From Mobula hypostoma (Eukaryota): a stretch of 64,000 nucleotides of DNA. A program made the translations under genes and the position numbers. How positions within the stretch are numbered: the stretch's first letter is position 1; every line of letters begins with the position of its first letter. The notes beneath the pieces were generated by a model that made no database searches, was not told the DNA's origin, and saw nothing but the letters and a program-made list of their open reading frames with translations. The DNA is taken from NCBI RefSeq assembly GCF_963921235.1, contig NC_086101.1, positions 7,194,001 to 7,258,000 on the forward strand, given 5' to 3'. This document shows positions 49,853 to 63,787 of this stretch, piece after piece.

Positions 49853-51510
49853 CTATAAGGGTTCCTGCTCAGGATACGAGCGAAGGCCAACGGCAGATCC
49901 GGCAGGTTCAGTAACTGAATTTATGACGGAGAAGGCGGATGAGCTAGGACCTCAAACGTCAACGACTATTGTACGGGCGGATGAACATTTGGGAAAAGAA
50001 ATGGCGATTTCTTTAGTTCGCCCAACGGTAGGCAATAGCAAACCACCGTTGCTAGATACAAGGTTTCCTAGAATCTACTTGCTAAGAAAACCATGGTCAA
50101 ACTCACAAAATGTATCAAACAACAACAGCGTCGAGAGGATCTTCAAGACAATTCTGAAGATGCTTCGCTCGGTAGGGTTGATTCTGGCCAGCAGGGGATC
50201 CCCGGCCGTCATCAAGCTACTGCTCATAACAACACAAAAGAAAATTATTGCCACTTGGAATGTAGGAACCTTATATCAAGCAGGAAGATTGGATAATGTG
50301 ATAAATGAAATGGAAAGACTAAAGATTAACATCATGGGAATTAGCGAAGTTCGTTGGATAGGTGCTGGAACATGTCAGAATAGAAATAAAACGCACATTT
50401 ATTCTTGTGGAACATCCCATACTAATGGAGTAGGAATTCTTATGGATGAAAACATGGCAAAAAAGTGTTTTAGGACAATGGGCAATATCACAAAGAGTGC
50501 TCCTTGTTAGAATCAGAGGACAGCCATTTGATTTAGCAATTATACAGGTATATGCACAAACAACAGGTGGAACAAATGAGGATATAGATCAGTTCTATGA
50601 AGAGCTTGAACAAGCAAAGAATGGATGCAAATCTCAAGATATTGTTATTGTCATGGGAGATCTGAATGCTGAAGTAGGATAAGGTGCTGATGGAAATACC
50701 ATAGGAAAATTTGGACTAGGGGAAAGAAATGAAAGAGGTGAGAAATGGGTAGAATGGTGCAAGATGAATAATCAGGTCATTATGAATACCTACTTTAAAA
50801 ACCATCCAAGATGCTTGTGGACCTGGAGAAGTCCAGGTGATAACACTAGAAATCAAATTGACTTTATTACTATAAACCAAAGATTTAGAAACTCGGTGAC
50901 TCAATGCAAAACATTTCCAGGTGCAGATTGTAATAGTGACCATAACCCAGAAATATGTCACTTAAAAGTAAAACTTAAAAAACAAAAGCAAAAACCTGAA
51001 CAATCCCTTGACTATTCGCAATTAAAGAAGAAAACGTAAAACAAAAATTTACAATTGAAATAAGGAATAATTTCAAAGTCTAGAAATAGAATCTGTTGAA
51101 AATGATAGCAATCGTGTAGAAATGAAGTTTAGCTCTCTAAAGGATGCCTTGGTAGAATCAGCAAAGTCAGTGATTCCTAAAAAGGAAAAAAGCACAAAGA
51201 ATAAATGGATGACAGATGAAATCAAAAATCTAATGGAAGAAAGGAGACGGAAGAAAACAAATCCTATAGAATACAAGTCCTTACATTTAAAAAAAAGTTA
51301 AAATTCAAAAAGCCAAAGAAGAATGGTTAAACCAGGAATGTGAGCAATTAGAAAGAATCCCTATTACTGATCCAAAAAGGTTACATCAAGAAATCAAAAA
51401 TATCACTGGTTAAAAAGCTCCTATGTTCTTCAGGTGGATGTTTGAAAGCAAAGGACGCTACCATTACCATGGAAAAAAATGAGATTATAAACAGATGGAC
51501 TGAGTATATT
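49853..51510 (+). mobile_element. RTE-clade LINE 5' half (APE endonuclease)
   Basis: IATWNV, GISEVRW, IIQVYA, GDLNA, TWRSP..NQIDFI and DCNSDH across ORFs 49611-50510, 50446-50682 and 50764-51039. Confidence 0.88.
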
Positions 51511-51511
51511 C

Positions 51512-52245
51512 AGGCAACACACGCACAAGATGCTGGTGAACGCAGCAGGCCAGGCAACATCTATAGGAAGAGGTACAGTCGACGTTTCGAGCCGGGACCC
51601 TTCCTCGGGACTAACTGAAAGAAGAGATAGTAAGAGATTTGAAAGTGGGACGGGGAGGGGGAGATCCAAAAAGATAGGAGAAGACAGGAGGGGAGGGGTG
51701 GATCTAAGAGCTGGAGAAGGGAGAGGATCATGGGACGGAAAGCCTGGGGAGAAATAGAAGGGGGAGGGGACCCCGAAGGGGGGAGAGCAGGGAAGGAGTT
51801 ATAGTGAGAGGGAGAGAGGGAGAAAAAAGAGAAAAAAAGGGGAATAAAAATATATATTAAATAAATAAATAAATAAATAAATAAGGGATGGGGTGTTAAC
51901 ACCCTGTCTCTTGCAAAAATGCCATCTGCTTCTCGCAATTCCTCCGACTCCGCCGCATCTGCTCTCAGGATGAGGCTTTTCATTCCAGAACGAAGGAGAT
52001 GTCTTCCTTTTTTAAAGAAAGAGGCTTCCCTTCCTCCACCAGCAACTCTGCTCTCAAACGCATCTCCCCCATTTCACGCACATCTGCTCTCATCCCATCC
52101 TCCCGCCACCCCACTAGGAATAGGGTTCCCCTTGTCCTCACCTACCACCCCACCAGCCTCCGGGTCCAACATATAATTCTCCGTAACTTCTACCACCTCC
52201 AACGAGATCCCACCACTAACCAGATCTTTCCCTCACCCCCTCTCT
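51512..52245. mobile_element. Penelope-like element, inverted pseudo-LTR plus forward fragment
   Basis: 51512 to about 51895 resembles the inverted arm at 25016. ORF 51999-52346 has FKERGFP..RVPLVLTYHP. Confidence 0.8.
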
Positions 52246-53799
52246 CACCAAACCACCCAAGACATGCTACCATCAAGGAGGATGTACAGAGGCCTGAAGA
52301 TACACACACGATTTCAGTTTCTTCCCCTCTGCCATTTGAGCACTGAGTAGACATTGAACCCATAATGACTACCTCTGATTAAATGGGCTTGCCGGGTCCA
52401 TTCTGGGGCAGCTCAACCACCTTTGGGACCCACCGGACGTTCAGCTCTCACCTGTGGCTTCAAGTTCTGCTTGCGTGCGATAGCGGCCACACCCCCGTAC
52501 ACCGCTTCGACAGGCGGCCTAAACCGGCTGAGGGTAGCCGGCGGGCCTCATACTCCGGTGAGATAGGAGCATGTCTGTCCTAGCAAATGAGGTCAGCTCC
52601 AGCAGACTGGGTGATGAAATCTGCGGTGAGAGGCACTAAGGGGAGGTGGTTCTACAACGCCTCGGGGGGAGCGAAGGGCGTAACAAGGCACGGAAAAATC
52701 ATGGTCATTCATTGCAACGGGGGAAGACCCCAGTTTTTGACAAATACTCGTACTATTGAACCTGGACTTCCAAGATCGAGAGAGTGAAACGACCTCAGTG
52801 CAACGCGGTTTCCGCTTTAAAAACTTTCCAGCACAGACCTCCTGTTATTGGTGATTAGACGGTCAACCAACATAAATTGAATGATGTAAATGTAATCTAC
52901 TTGAAGCCTTGATTGTGCGAACACAATTACCTTGTGATTTAAGGATAAAAGTGCAACGCTGTTTGATTTGGCTGTATTCACTAATAGTTGATAATTAAAC
53001 TAGAACTTGATTTGTTCCTTAACCAGTTAAAACAATGATTGTCATTTAAAGTGTTGATATATGGCCCCTAGAAGAGCTGTTATGTTATTTCATGCCAGCA
53101 TGTTGTACTGCCAAAAAAAACGCTTCTGCAAATCAAATTGATGAATTAAAAATAATAGTTCACGTCCAAAAAAATAGCGACGCTCAGCGCATTGCACCTC
53201 CCACGACATCCGCATGGGGGAGCGCTTGATCAGCGATTGAACGAGTCACAACATGACCGAAACAGACGCGTCGAGCGGTTTACCGGAGGGGAGAAACGGA
53301 TTTCTCAGCCTGCAAGTTACCTCTAATCATAATCGGAATCAGTTTTAATATCTCCCGTATATATTGTTGTAGTTGCGGCAGCAGTGCAATGCAATAATAA
53401 TAAAAAGAAGAGGTCTGAATAATAAAATAAAAAACTTCAGAGTTACAAAATACACGTGGACTAAGATGTTACTGTCTTGTGCTATCACCAGTGGGATCAT
53501 CAGTTGATCTGCCACCTGTCTTCAAGAGTTTCGGCCCGCTTATGATCAAGACCCCCTCGAGGTGGTGGGCCAGCAGTGTTAAAGCACCTCCTCCCACTGG
53601 TGAGCTTAAAAACTTGGCATCTGCCTCTCTCAGAGTCGTTGTTCACTTCCATCCAACAGATAGTCTGCTCTTCAAGTGTCTATGCAACTACTGAAGGGTC
53701 AAACAAACTACCGGTGGAACTCCGCGTGTCGAGCAGCGCCCAGAGAGGGAAATGAACAGAGTGGGTTTTACGCAGGGACCGTTTATCTGCATTGAAGAA

Positions 53800-54075
53800 G
53801 TAAGGTTAGATAAACTTTATTTGTCACATGTACATTGAAACGTACAGTGAAATGAATGGCTTGCGTCAAGACGAAGATGTACCACGTTTCCGGCGCTAAC
53901 ATAACAAGCCCACAACTCGCTAACCCTAACCCGTACGTTTTTGTCATGTGGGAGGGAACCCGCGCGGCCACGGGGAGAACGTACAAAACACCTTACAGAC
54001 AGCGGCGTGACTTAAACCCGGGTCAACCCTAATGAGCTGTAACAGCATTCTGTTAACCGCTACACTACCGCGCTG
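53800..54075 (-). mobile_element. V-SINE
   Basis: TGTGGGAGGGAACCCGCGCGGCCACGGGGAGAACGTACAA is a reverse-complement V core. Confidence 0.6.
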
Positions 54076-54191
54076 TACCTTGTTAACCCTATGTTGTTAT
54101 ACCCTGGGTTAAAAAGAGACAAACGCGGAATTGCAGCCCAACGCGAATTCTCCATCTTAGTGATTTATACTGACAAAGATATTCGTCAGAC

Positions 54192-56138
54192 ATTCTTCTC
54201 TTCATAAAGAACCCTCTTTCATCAGTACCCGGCTTTGCAATGCTTGAGAAGCTCTGGAGAGGTCTCTGGATACAAAGTTAACGAAGCGAAATCTGAAGCT
54301 ATGATGATTCCAGGGTCCTGGCCAAGCCAGCTGGATGATGAAGTGACTTTCCGTTGGCCAAAACAGGGCCTGAGATATTTGGGGGTTAGTTTATCTCATA
54401 GTTCCTCCCAGCTCTTTGCAGCCGATTATGTTAAATTTACTAATCAAGTGAGGAGAGATCTTGAACATTGGGAGATGCTTCCTTTATCACTGATAGGTAG
54501 AGTAGAAGTGATCAGGATGAATATTTTGCCAAGGTTTCTTTTTCTTTTCAGTGCTCTACCCATGATAGTTCCTATATCTGCTTTTAAAATGTTGGATAGA
54601 CTCATCAGTAGGTTTATATGGCAGAAAAAGAGGCCCAGGGTGAGACTAAAAGTGTTATACTCAAATAAAAAAAACAGGGCGGTTTAGCTTTACCTCATTT
54701 AAAGACCTATTACTGGGCTGCCCAGTTAAGAGCAATTGTGTCGTACATTCAAGATGGGTTCACATAGAGCAGAATTCAATTGGTGAGTTATCTTTAGCAG
54801 CTCTTCCCTTTTTAAATCCAAACCTGTGGAAGAAAGTTGAGACTCAGAATGAATGGGTTAACTATATATTGAAAGTATGGTATAGAATTAGGAAAAAATT
54901 AGATCTTCCAAGGACTATATCAAGAGCAATCAGAATTGCATTCAATTCAGATTTTATTCCAGCAAGACTGGATTATGGTTTTAACAGGTGGGTGCAAAAA
55001 GGTCTGGTTCTTGTGGACCAAATGTTTGATGGTGGGGCGCTCAAATCTTTCCCCCAACTCCAAACTGAATCCGACCTTGTATCAAATGTCTTTTATAGAT
55101 TCCTCCAAATTCGACACTACCTTACATCACACAAAGAATGGAACAATCTTAAAATACAGCCAAATAACATGGAAAATTTTTGGATAGAGATCATCATGGG
55201 TAGGACGCAACCCCAGAAAATTGTATCTTGTCTATGTAAAAAAAATACACCTGGATACAATGGATAACACATTAGATGTCAAACATAAGTGGGACTTGGA
55301 GAAATACCACAATAGAAGAGGAAGAGTGGGAGAGGTCTTGGGAGTCATGGCATAAATGCTTGAATAATCACAATTGGAGGGAATTTTCTTGGAAAATAAG
55401 GATGAGGTAGTTTAAAACCCCGTTAGTAATATCACTATACGTAGAAAAAAAAACAGCAGACTTTGCTGGAGAAGATGTGGTCTAGTGGGAGGTTTTGCAC
55501 ATATATTCTGGGACTGTCCCAAATTAAGGGAAGTTTGGTGCAAGGTCACTGAGGAAAGAAGAAGGATTTTAGATACAAGTAACATAGTCATTTAATTTTA
55601 GGCAACCTCCCGCAATCTGCATTAGAGAAGAATAAACTATACATGTTAAGATTTTTGATTCTGATTGCTCATAAAATGATAACTGTCAACTGGCTTAAAT
55701 CTCTCCCACCCACTTCGGAACAAGGGATACAGAGACTGAAAGAAGTGAACTGTACGGAAAATATTACTGCAAGTTTACAACTGAAAATGGACTCTTACTT
55801 GGAAAGATGGAACTCTGTTATAGTTTACCTGGCACAGTGAAAGGCCCATACAGGGGCCTGGTAAAATGTGGGACTTGAATTTATTTTGCTGAGGGCTGTG
55901 ATTTTATTTAAAATAGTTGTAAATCTACATTGAAGGGTGATGTAAAGTATGTAGGTCATGTGTATGTTTGTGTTTGTATGAAATTGTATGTTTGTGCTCT
56001 TTGTTTCTTCTTTCTCTTGCTCCTGCTCTCTTCAACCCCCGGTATTGTTAATACAGGTATTTACTATTGTGCAGTGAACTGTGGACTGATGGTCGATGCT
56101 TGTTTGTAGATATGTGTTTTTTCAATAAAGTTAAAAAA
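54192..56138 (+). mobile_element. L1-clade LINE, 5'-truncated, with poly(A) and TSD
   Basis: SGYKVNEAKS, YLGV, LPLSLIGRV..MNILPRFLFLF and a C-terminal CWRRC..HIFWDCP. AATAAA at 56124 followed by an A-run. 17-bp TSD AAAGATATT(C/A)GTCAGAC at 54175-54191 and 56139-56155. Confidence 0.92.
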
Positions 56139-56169
56139 AAAGATATTAGTCAGACCAATCAGATATAAC

Positions 56170-57500
56170 ACTAAAGCATAGTGCAGACCCTTTGACCCAA
56201 GATGTTAAACCGACCTTTTAACCAACTCTAAGATCAATTTAATTCCTCCCTCCCACACAGCCCCCCATTTTTTTTCTATCATCAATGTGCCTAAATGCCC
56301 CTAATGATCTGCCTTTAGCACCATCCCGGTGGGGCGTTTCACGCACGCACCACTCTTAGGGTAAAAAAAAAACCTTCTCTGACATCCTCCCTAATTTTCC
56401 TCCAATCACCTTAAAATGATGTCTCCTTGTGATGGACGTTTCAGCCCTGGGAAAAAGTCTCTGCTTATCCACTCGATCTGTGCCTCTTATCACCTTGTAC
56501 ACCTTTATCACATCACCTTTCATCCTCCTTTGCTTCAAAAAGTCCTAGCTCACTCAACCTATCCTCATAAGACATGCTCTGCGATCCAGTCAGCACTTGG
56601 GTACGTCTCACCTACATCGTCTGAAAAGCTGCACACCTTCCCTGTAATAAGGCTGGCAGAACTAAACACAAGTTTGCATATAGATAATACTGCGCCGACT
56701 GCAACAGGCCAGAGACTGGATACCTGCAGCAAATAGCCCATCTGAACCTCCCATAGGATATCTGCTACAGGGCACTGATAAGAAATGTGATGGAGTGGTT
56801 TCCAACTGGATGGATGAAACCAGTTCCAACAGCACTCAAGATCCCTGAAGCCATCCAGAACAGGGCAGGCTCCCTGAATGGCATCCTATGCACCACTGTA
56901 AACATTTACTTCCTTCACAACTGTCCCACAGTGGCTTCCCTGTGTACAATCTCCAAAATATATTACATTTGCCAGCCTAGATGGTGCATCCCAGCTATGC
57001 AACCAAGAAGAACAAAAGCAGTGAACACATTCCAAATGCAGGTCAAAGCCTGAGAGCAGGAAACCATAAGATGTAGGAGCAGCAGTCGGACATTCAGCTC
57101 ATCAAACCTCTCCCATCCCATCATGGCTGATTTATTATCCTTCTCAACCTCATTCTCCCGTCTTCTGTCTGTAATGTTTGACATCCTTACTAATCATTCT
57201 TTGCTTTAAATATACCCAGCGACTTGGCCTCCACAGTAATGAATTATGTGACTATGAATTTAGCAGATTCACCACCTTCTGGTTAAAGAAATTCCTTCTC
57301 ATCTCTGCTCTAAAGATACGTCCTATTCTGAGGCTGTGCCTCCTGGTCGTAGACTTCCCATCCATAGGACACATATTCACCACATCTATATAGGCATTTC
57401 AATTTCTAATATGTTTCTATGAGATTCCCCTTATTTTTCTAAACTCCAACGAGTACTAACACAGAGCAATCACACGCTCTTCATATAAAGGCCTTGGGTG
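56170..57500 (-). mobile_element. Degenerate CR1 3' fragments
   Basis: ORF 56356-56538 has GDVIKVYKVIRG. A second CR1-type tail lies near 57060. Confidence 0.65.
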
Positions 57501-57532
57501 AATTTCAAATCCAGGATTGGCGCGTTCTCAGC

Positions 57533-57845
57533 TCTAGGCCCAAAGGTCAAATCCATAGTCAGTGAGTCCTGAGGTCTGGGCCCAAAGGTCAAATGCATAG
57601 TCAGTGAGTCCTGAGGTCTGGGCCCAAAGGTCAAATGCATAGTCAGTGAGTCGTGAGGTCTAGGCCCAAAGGTCAAATCCATAGTCAGTGAGTCCTGAGG
57701 TCTGGGCCCAAAGGTCAAATCCATAGTCAGTGAGTCCTGAGGTCTAGGACCAAAGGTCAAATGCATAGTCAGTGAGTCGTGAGGTCTAGGCCCATAGGTC
57801 AAATCCATAGTCAGTGAGTCCTGAGGTCTAGGCCCAAAGGTCAAA
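57533..57845. repeat. 42-bp minisatellite, about 7.4 copies
   Basis: Unit GGCCCAAAGGTCAAAT(C/G)CATAGTCAGTGAGTC(C/G)TGAGGTCT(G/A). Confidence 0.95.
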
Positions 57846-59049
57846 CTGGTGATTGGCGCATCCTGAGGCGATGTCTGAAGTTGGAGGACCAATGTCTGTG
57901 AGTCTGAGAAATGGAGCAAGGACTGGAGGCCCAGTTACAGGCCTGTAGGTGTGTGAGAGTGGGTGGGAGGGAAGGGAAATAGGCTTGTTTTGCTGTTGTT
58001 GTCTTGTGGTTGCTGCTGCTCCTGTTGTTCTGATGAACGTGGTGGCCATGCTATGTTGGCACGAGAATGTGTGGCAACAGTTGTGGGCTGCCCCCAGCAC
58101 AACCATGGGCCTGTAGGTTGCTTACACAAACAACACACTTCAATATATGTTTTGGTGCACATATGATGAATAATTCTTTACAAGAATCCTAACACCAACA
58201 GGATTATTTTCCAAGTCATTCTCCATCCTGGGCTGGAACTTATTGGCTTTGCAGTCATTGCTGGGTTGAAATCCTACCGCTTCCCACCAACAACTTGTTT
58301 CCCGAGGATGGGTCTGCTTTTCTTTAGGGTAAATGGGACTGAAGATTTAGGGACCATCCGGATGTTCCCTGATGTTTGGGAAGGGTAATGGGCAATGAGG
58401 CTAGTTTAATAAATAACTTCAGATTAAAAGTTCCCTCAAAACTTAAGATGATAATATAGTGGTGTTTTGTATTCACTTGAGAGAGGGAGAAAGTTGGTTC
58501 AGACGCAACTATGTTCAACATATATAAAGAGAGCTAGATTCAGATATATTTTATTAGTTTATATAGTAGACCCTTCATTGACCAGGGTCGTCCATGGATG
58601 TCTAGGCAAGCCAGGGCAACACGATGTGGAGAAAAAGCTGTCGCCATGTAACAGGCTTCCCTTCTCCAGGCAGCTGATGAATCCAAAGGAACGGCAGAGA
58701 CGGATAAATTTTGGCACTAGCGGCATTGCAGGATTTACCAGTCAGCACTGAACTCAACGCAGGATTGCCTTAGAGATTCCAGCTCCAGAATTCTCCTTGG
58801 GGTTTACTCCCAAAGCCTTTTCCATGAGTGGGTACAGCTGCAAGGCAGCGGAGGTTTGAGATCAGAGTTCTCCTTCTCCCAGGTGAGCTGCCAGCCACGG
58901 CTCACGACTCACGAGCCCCATCCGCCCGAAGCAATTGGTTCTCAAGTACCAGTAACCTACCTTTGCCCCTTCTCCTGTCAATAGAAATGGTCCCCCCAAG
59001 CTTAGTAGCACAGCCACACATGAAGGCCAAGAGCTGGAACTGGTTGTCA

Positions 59050-59450
59050 TAGAAACAGAAACATAGAAAACCTACAGCATAATATAGGCCCTTTTGCCCA
59101 CAATGCTGTGCCGAACTTGTACTTACTTTAGAAATTACCTAGGGTTACCCATAGACCTCTATTTTTCTAAACTCCATGTACCTGTCCAGGAGTCTCTAAA
59201 AGACCCTACTGTATCCGCCTCCACCACAGCCCATTCCACTCTCTGCATAAAAAACCTTACCCCTGACATCCCCTCTGTCCCTACTTCCAAGCACCTTAAA
59301 ACTGTGCCCTCTCATGTTAGCCATTTCAGCCCTGGGGAAAAGCCTCTGACTATCCACATGATCAATGCCTCTCATCATCTTACACACTTCTATCAGGTCA
59401 CCTCTCATCCTCTGCCGCTCCAAGGAGAAAAGGCCAAGTTCACTCAACTG
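59050..59450 (-). mobile_element. CR1 3' end
   Basis: ORF 59196-59447 has LGLFSLERQRMRGDLIEV. Tail ATAGAAACAGAAACATAGAAA. Confidence 0.85.
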
Positions 59451-62079
59451 TCAGAGGCTATTTGAGATGCATGCCATTGGGAGCTTTTAATAGGTAGTAA
59501 GAGCTTATCCCCACTATTCCTCCAGCTTAAAAAGCACCTTTAATTATATATATAAATATTTGTCATTATTTGTTAATTTATTAGTGATTATATTACTTTA
59601 TGTGTTGTGTGTGAGTTATATGTACTGTGCTGTGCACCTTCGCCTGGAGGAACGTTATTTCATTTGGCGGCATACACGTGAATGGTTGAATGATAACAAA
59701 CTGGAACTGGAACTTGAATTTGAATGAGGACAAAACTGACTAAGGAAGAATTGAATGAGAGACTAGATCAGGAAAATCTGTAGGGAAACACTGTCAGACA
59801 TTTAAGGACACAATTCATAACAGTCTGCAGTGAATGTCCCAGTACAATTCTAAGGAAGGAATTAACCAGTGAAGTGAAGGGAGTGTTGAGTTGAAAGGGG
59901 AAAATATCCAAAGACTGAGACAAATTAAAAAGCTAACAAAGAGGACAATAATTCAAAAGCGAGGTACAATAACTATTTAAGGGTAGACTACCAATAAGTA
60001 CAAGAATTGACAATATGACTTTCTTCAGATATATAAAGAGGAGGAGAGAGTTGTAGCTGTGCACTGGCCCCTGTGATAGTGGGGCCAGGGCAATGGTTAT
60101 TAAGAATAAAAAAATGACATTGAATCAGTCTTTACTAGAATTATTGAAAAATCCCATTGATATTGAATAATTATGGACAGGGGGTAAGAACAATCACCAT
60201 CTCTAGAGAATTTTTGTATAGTAAATTCCTACTTTAAACAAGAAGCCTCATTAACAGCTAATGTACAAGAAAATGGCATGGGTTTGACAGGGGATTGGCT
60301 ACCGGTAGGACGCAGAAAATGGGAAGCCAAGACCTGTGAATGCAGGGATCAGCGCTGGACCACACGCATTTACAGTATATGACATGGAAGAATGAAGCAA
60401 GGGTGTGGCAGGCAGATGCGTGGCTGATGGAAATTTGTGTAGAAGATACAAGCAGTCTGTGGAGAGGATGTTTCCAATAATAGGATAGTCTAGGACCACA
60501 GGGCACAGCCTCAGAATAGAAGGTCATTTCTTTAGGACAGAGTTGAGGTGGAATTTCTTCAGCCAGAGGGTGGTGAATCTGTGGAATTTATTGTCACAGA
60601 CGGCTGTGGAGGCCAAGTCATTGGGTATATTTAAAGTTCAAAGTTCAAAAAAAATTTTAGTATCAGAGTACATACATGTCACCACGTACAACCCGGAGAT
60701 TGTTTCTCTGTGGGCATACTTGGCAAGTTTATAGAACAGTAACTGTAAAAAGGATCAATGAACGACAAACTATACAAATACAAATATGAGTAAATAGCAA
60801 CAAATAACGAACATGAAATAACGAGGTAGAGTCCTTAAAGTGAGAACACCAGAAGTAGAATGAATGTAGTTATCCCCTTTTGTGCAAAAGCCTGATGGTT
60901 GAGGGGTAGCAAATGTTCTTGAACCTGGTAGTGCAAATCCTACCTGGTAGCTCCAGCAGGAAAAGACCATGGCCTGGGTGGTGAGAATCTTTGATGATGG
61001 ATGCTGCTTTTCCGTGGGAACATTTCATGTAGATGTGCTCGGTGATTGGGAGGGTTTTACCTGCGATGTACTGGGCTGAAACTATTACCTTTTGTAGGGC
61101 TTTCCACTCTAAGGCATGATGTTTCCATACCAGGCTGTAACGCAGCCAGTCTGCACATTTTCCACCGCACCTCCATTGAAGTTTGCCAAGGTCAAGCCGA
61201 GGTTGATAGGTTTTTGATTAGGAAGGGCTTAGGGGAAGAAGGCAGAATAGAATTGAGAGGATAATAAATCAGCCATGATAGAATGCCGGAGGACAGTCAA
61301 TGGACTGAATGGCTTAATTTTGCTCCAGTGCCTTATGGTCTTATGGTCTAGTTTAAGTGGGGATAACTATAAGATCAGTCGGGAGTATAACATTGATGTA
61401 TCAAGTGTAATGTGGGAAAATATGAATTTATTCATTTTGGAAGAGCGAAGTGAGAGAGCTGTGTTTAAGTTGACAGAAGTTGCTGAAGGACATTTCAGTG
61501 AACTTATATGTGTAACACCAAAAAAAGGGCAGCCAGGGCAGCAGGTTCCAGGGAAGATAATGGGATGTTGGCCCTTCTTTCGAGGAGCCGAGAATATAAA
61601 GGTAAGGGAATTTTGATGTAACTGTAAAAGGTAGGTGAGGGAGAGGTATGTGCGTGGGGAAGGGGGGAGTCTGCTTTCAGTGAAAAAAAAGTCAACATCA
61701 AGTAATGTGAACTATTTTGGCTCCCTCCTAATTAAGGAAGCATATTATTTCACTGGAAGTGACTCATGGAAAACTCATTAGAATCATTCTAGCAATTGAA
61801 GGATTGTCTTATAAAGAAAGCTTAAACAACTGGGCTCTCTGTTTACTGATATTCAGAAGAATGGGAAGCTCTATTTTAAAATACACCCAGTGACCACTTT
61901 ATTAGGTGCACCTGTATATGGGCGTGTTAATGCAAATATCTAAATAGCCAATCTAATCAGCAGCAACTCACTCAATTATGGCTGCAACATAAGGGCATGT
62001 TAACGTGGTCACGTGGTTCAGTTGTTGTTCAGACCAAACATCAGAATGAGGAAGAAATGTGATCTAACTGAATTGGACC

Positions 62080-62947
62080 TGTTACGTGACCAGCAACAAT
62101 GAAAATATCAATTGAGTCAGGTTTTACAAAAACAAACAAGCATTTATTAAACTTTATTCAACAATAGTGAAAAATATTCAACGACTAATTTAACGGGAAG
62201 TTAAATGCTATACGGCAACTCTGGAACAGTTCTTAAAAGGGTGAATGCAAGAACAGTTCTTACAGTGGTAAATTTGAACACATTTCTTAGAATGGTAAAT
62301 TCAAAAGTCCAAGAGATTTATACAGTCAATTAGGAGAGACTTTTCTGAAGTAAAGAATTCCTCGAAGAAGTGACGTTACTGCTGATCCCAGCCAGAACCT
62401 GCCTTGTCCACAGGATTCATGGCAACAGAAATAAAACGGTTTAAAGGAACTGACCTTTTCCTCTGGAGAATAGACACTGTGTAATCCTTCCTGCTTTAGC
62501 AGAGGATATCTCATTTGCAGGTCACTTTTTCTTGAACGAAGATTCAATAAAGGTCGATCCTCTCCAATACCACGAAACAACATCAGCTTTACTCGACTCT
62601 GCGAGTTCCTGTACTTTAGTAAAGTCTTCACTCTCCAATACTACTTACAATAGAAAGTAGAACTCCACTTTAAAACGAAACTGCGTCATAAGACGAATAT
62701 GCAGCATAATGGAGTATCTGATGAATTAAATAATGAACTAAATTGAAAAACTCAACTGGAAAAACTAACTGTGTCACACCAGGGGTCTCCCTTTATATAC
62801 CTGGTGAGAACATGTCATCACGTGACCTCACATCGGCGGGAAAATTACATCATGTGACCTCCACAAGACCATTACATCATGCTCATCAAATACTCAATTA
62901 CATCATGGTCATAAGACAGTCACAAGATACCCATGAGGTATGTAACA
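62080..62947. mobile_element. Solo LTR (Gypsy-type)
   Basis: TGTTAC..GTAACA termini with perfect 4-bp TSD GACC at 62076-62079 and 62948-62951. Confidence 0.85.
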
Positions 62948-63394
62948 GACCATTGAATGATTGTTGGTGCCAGATGGGGTGGCTTGAGTATCTCAGAAAC
63001 TGCTGATCTCCAGGGATTTTCACACACAGCTGTATCTAGAGTTTACAGAGAATGATGTGAAAAACCATTTACTCTACTTAGGCCTCTCATACTTCAAATA
63101 AAACACCAGACATAAGTAACAGGTCCAGAAGGCGGTTATTAACCCTTGGAGCTCCTTCTAAAATCAAAAGATTGTGTTGATCCACACTCATCAGGTCCAG
63201 ACTCATGCCCTTTTCCTATATCCTTTGATTACTTGTGACTATGTTATGTTGGTACCAGAAGTGTGGCAGCTCTTGTGGGCTACCCAGCACTTTCCTCGCT
63301 GATTTTATTTGATGCAAAAGGTGGATTTTTCCGTATGTTTCATGTACAAATGACAAATAAAGCTATTCTTTATCTCTTTCTTTGAAAAATAAGG

Positions 63395-63787
63395 CCTTTT
63401 CTCCTTGGAGTGATGGAGGATGAGAGGTGACCTGATAGATGTGCACAAGATAATGAGAGGCATTGATCGTGTGGATAATCAGAGGCTTTTCCCCAGGGCG
63501 GAAATGGCTAGTGCGAGAAGGCACAGTTTTAAGGTGCTGGAAGTAGGTACAGAGGAGATGTCAGGGGTAAATTTTTCACGCAGAGAGTAGTGAGTTCGTG
63601 GAATGAGCTGCTGGCTGTGGTGGTGGAGGTGGAAACGATAGAGTCTTAAGAGACTCCTGGATGGATACATGGAGTTTGGAAAAATAAAGGGCTATGGGTA
63701 AAGCCTAGATAGTTGGAAGGTAGGGACATGTTTGGCACAGCTTTGAGGGGCCGAAGGGCCTATATTGTGCTGTAGGTTTTCTATGTT
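63395..63787 (+). mobile_element. CR1 3' end
   Basis: RMRGDLIDVHKIMRGID and tail GGGCCGAAGGGCCTATATTGTGCTGTAGGTTTTCTATG. Confidence 0.8.

Noticed and set aside
49611..50510. 299-aa ORF as a gene
   Set aside because: Chance read-through from intron sequence and a LINE tail into the RTE 5' UTR and endonuclease start.
57533..57845. CRISPR-like array
   Set aside because: Head-to-tail repeats with no unique spacers, in a eukaryotic context.
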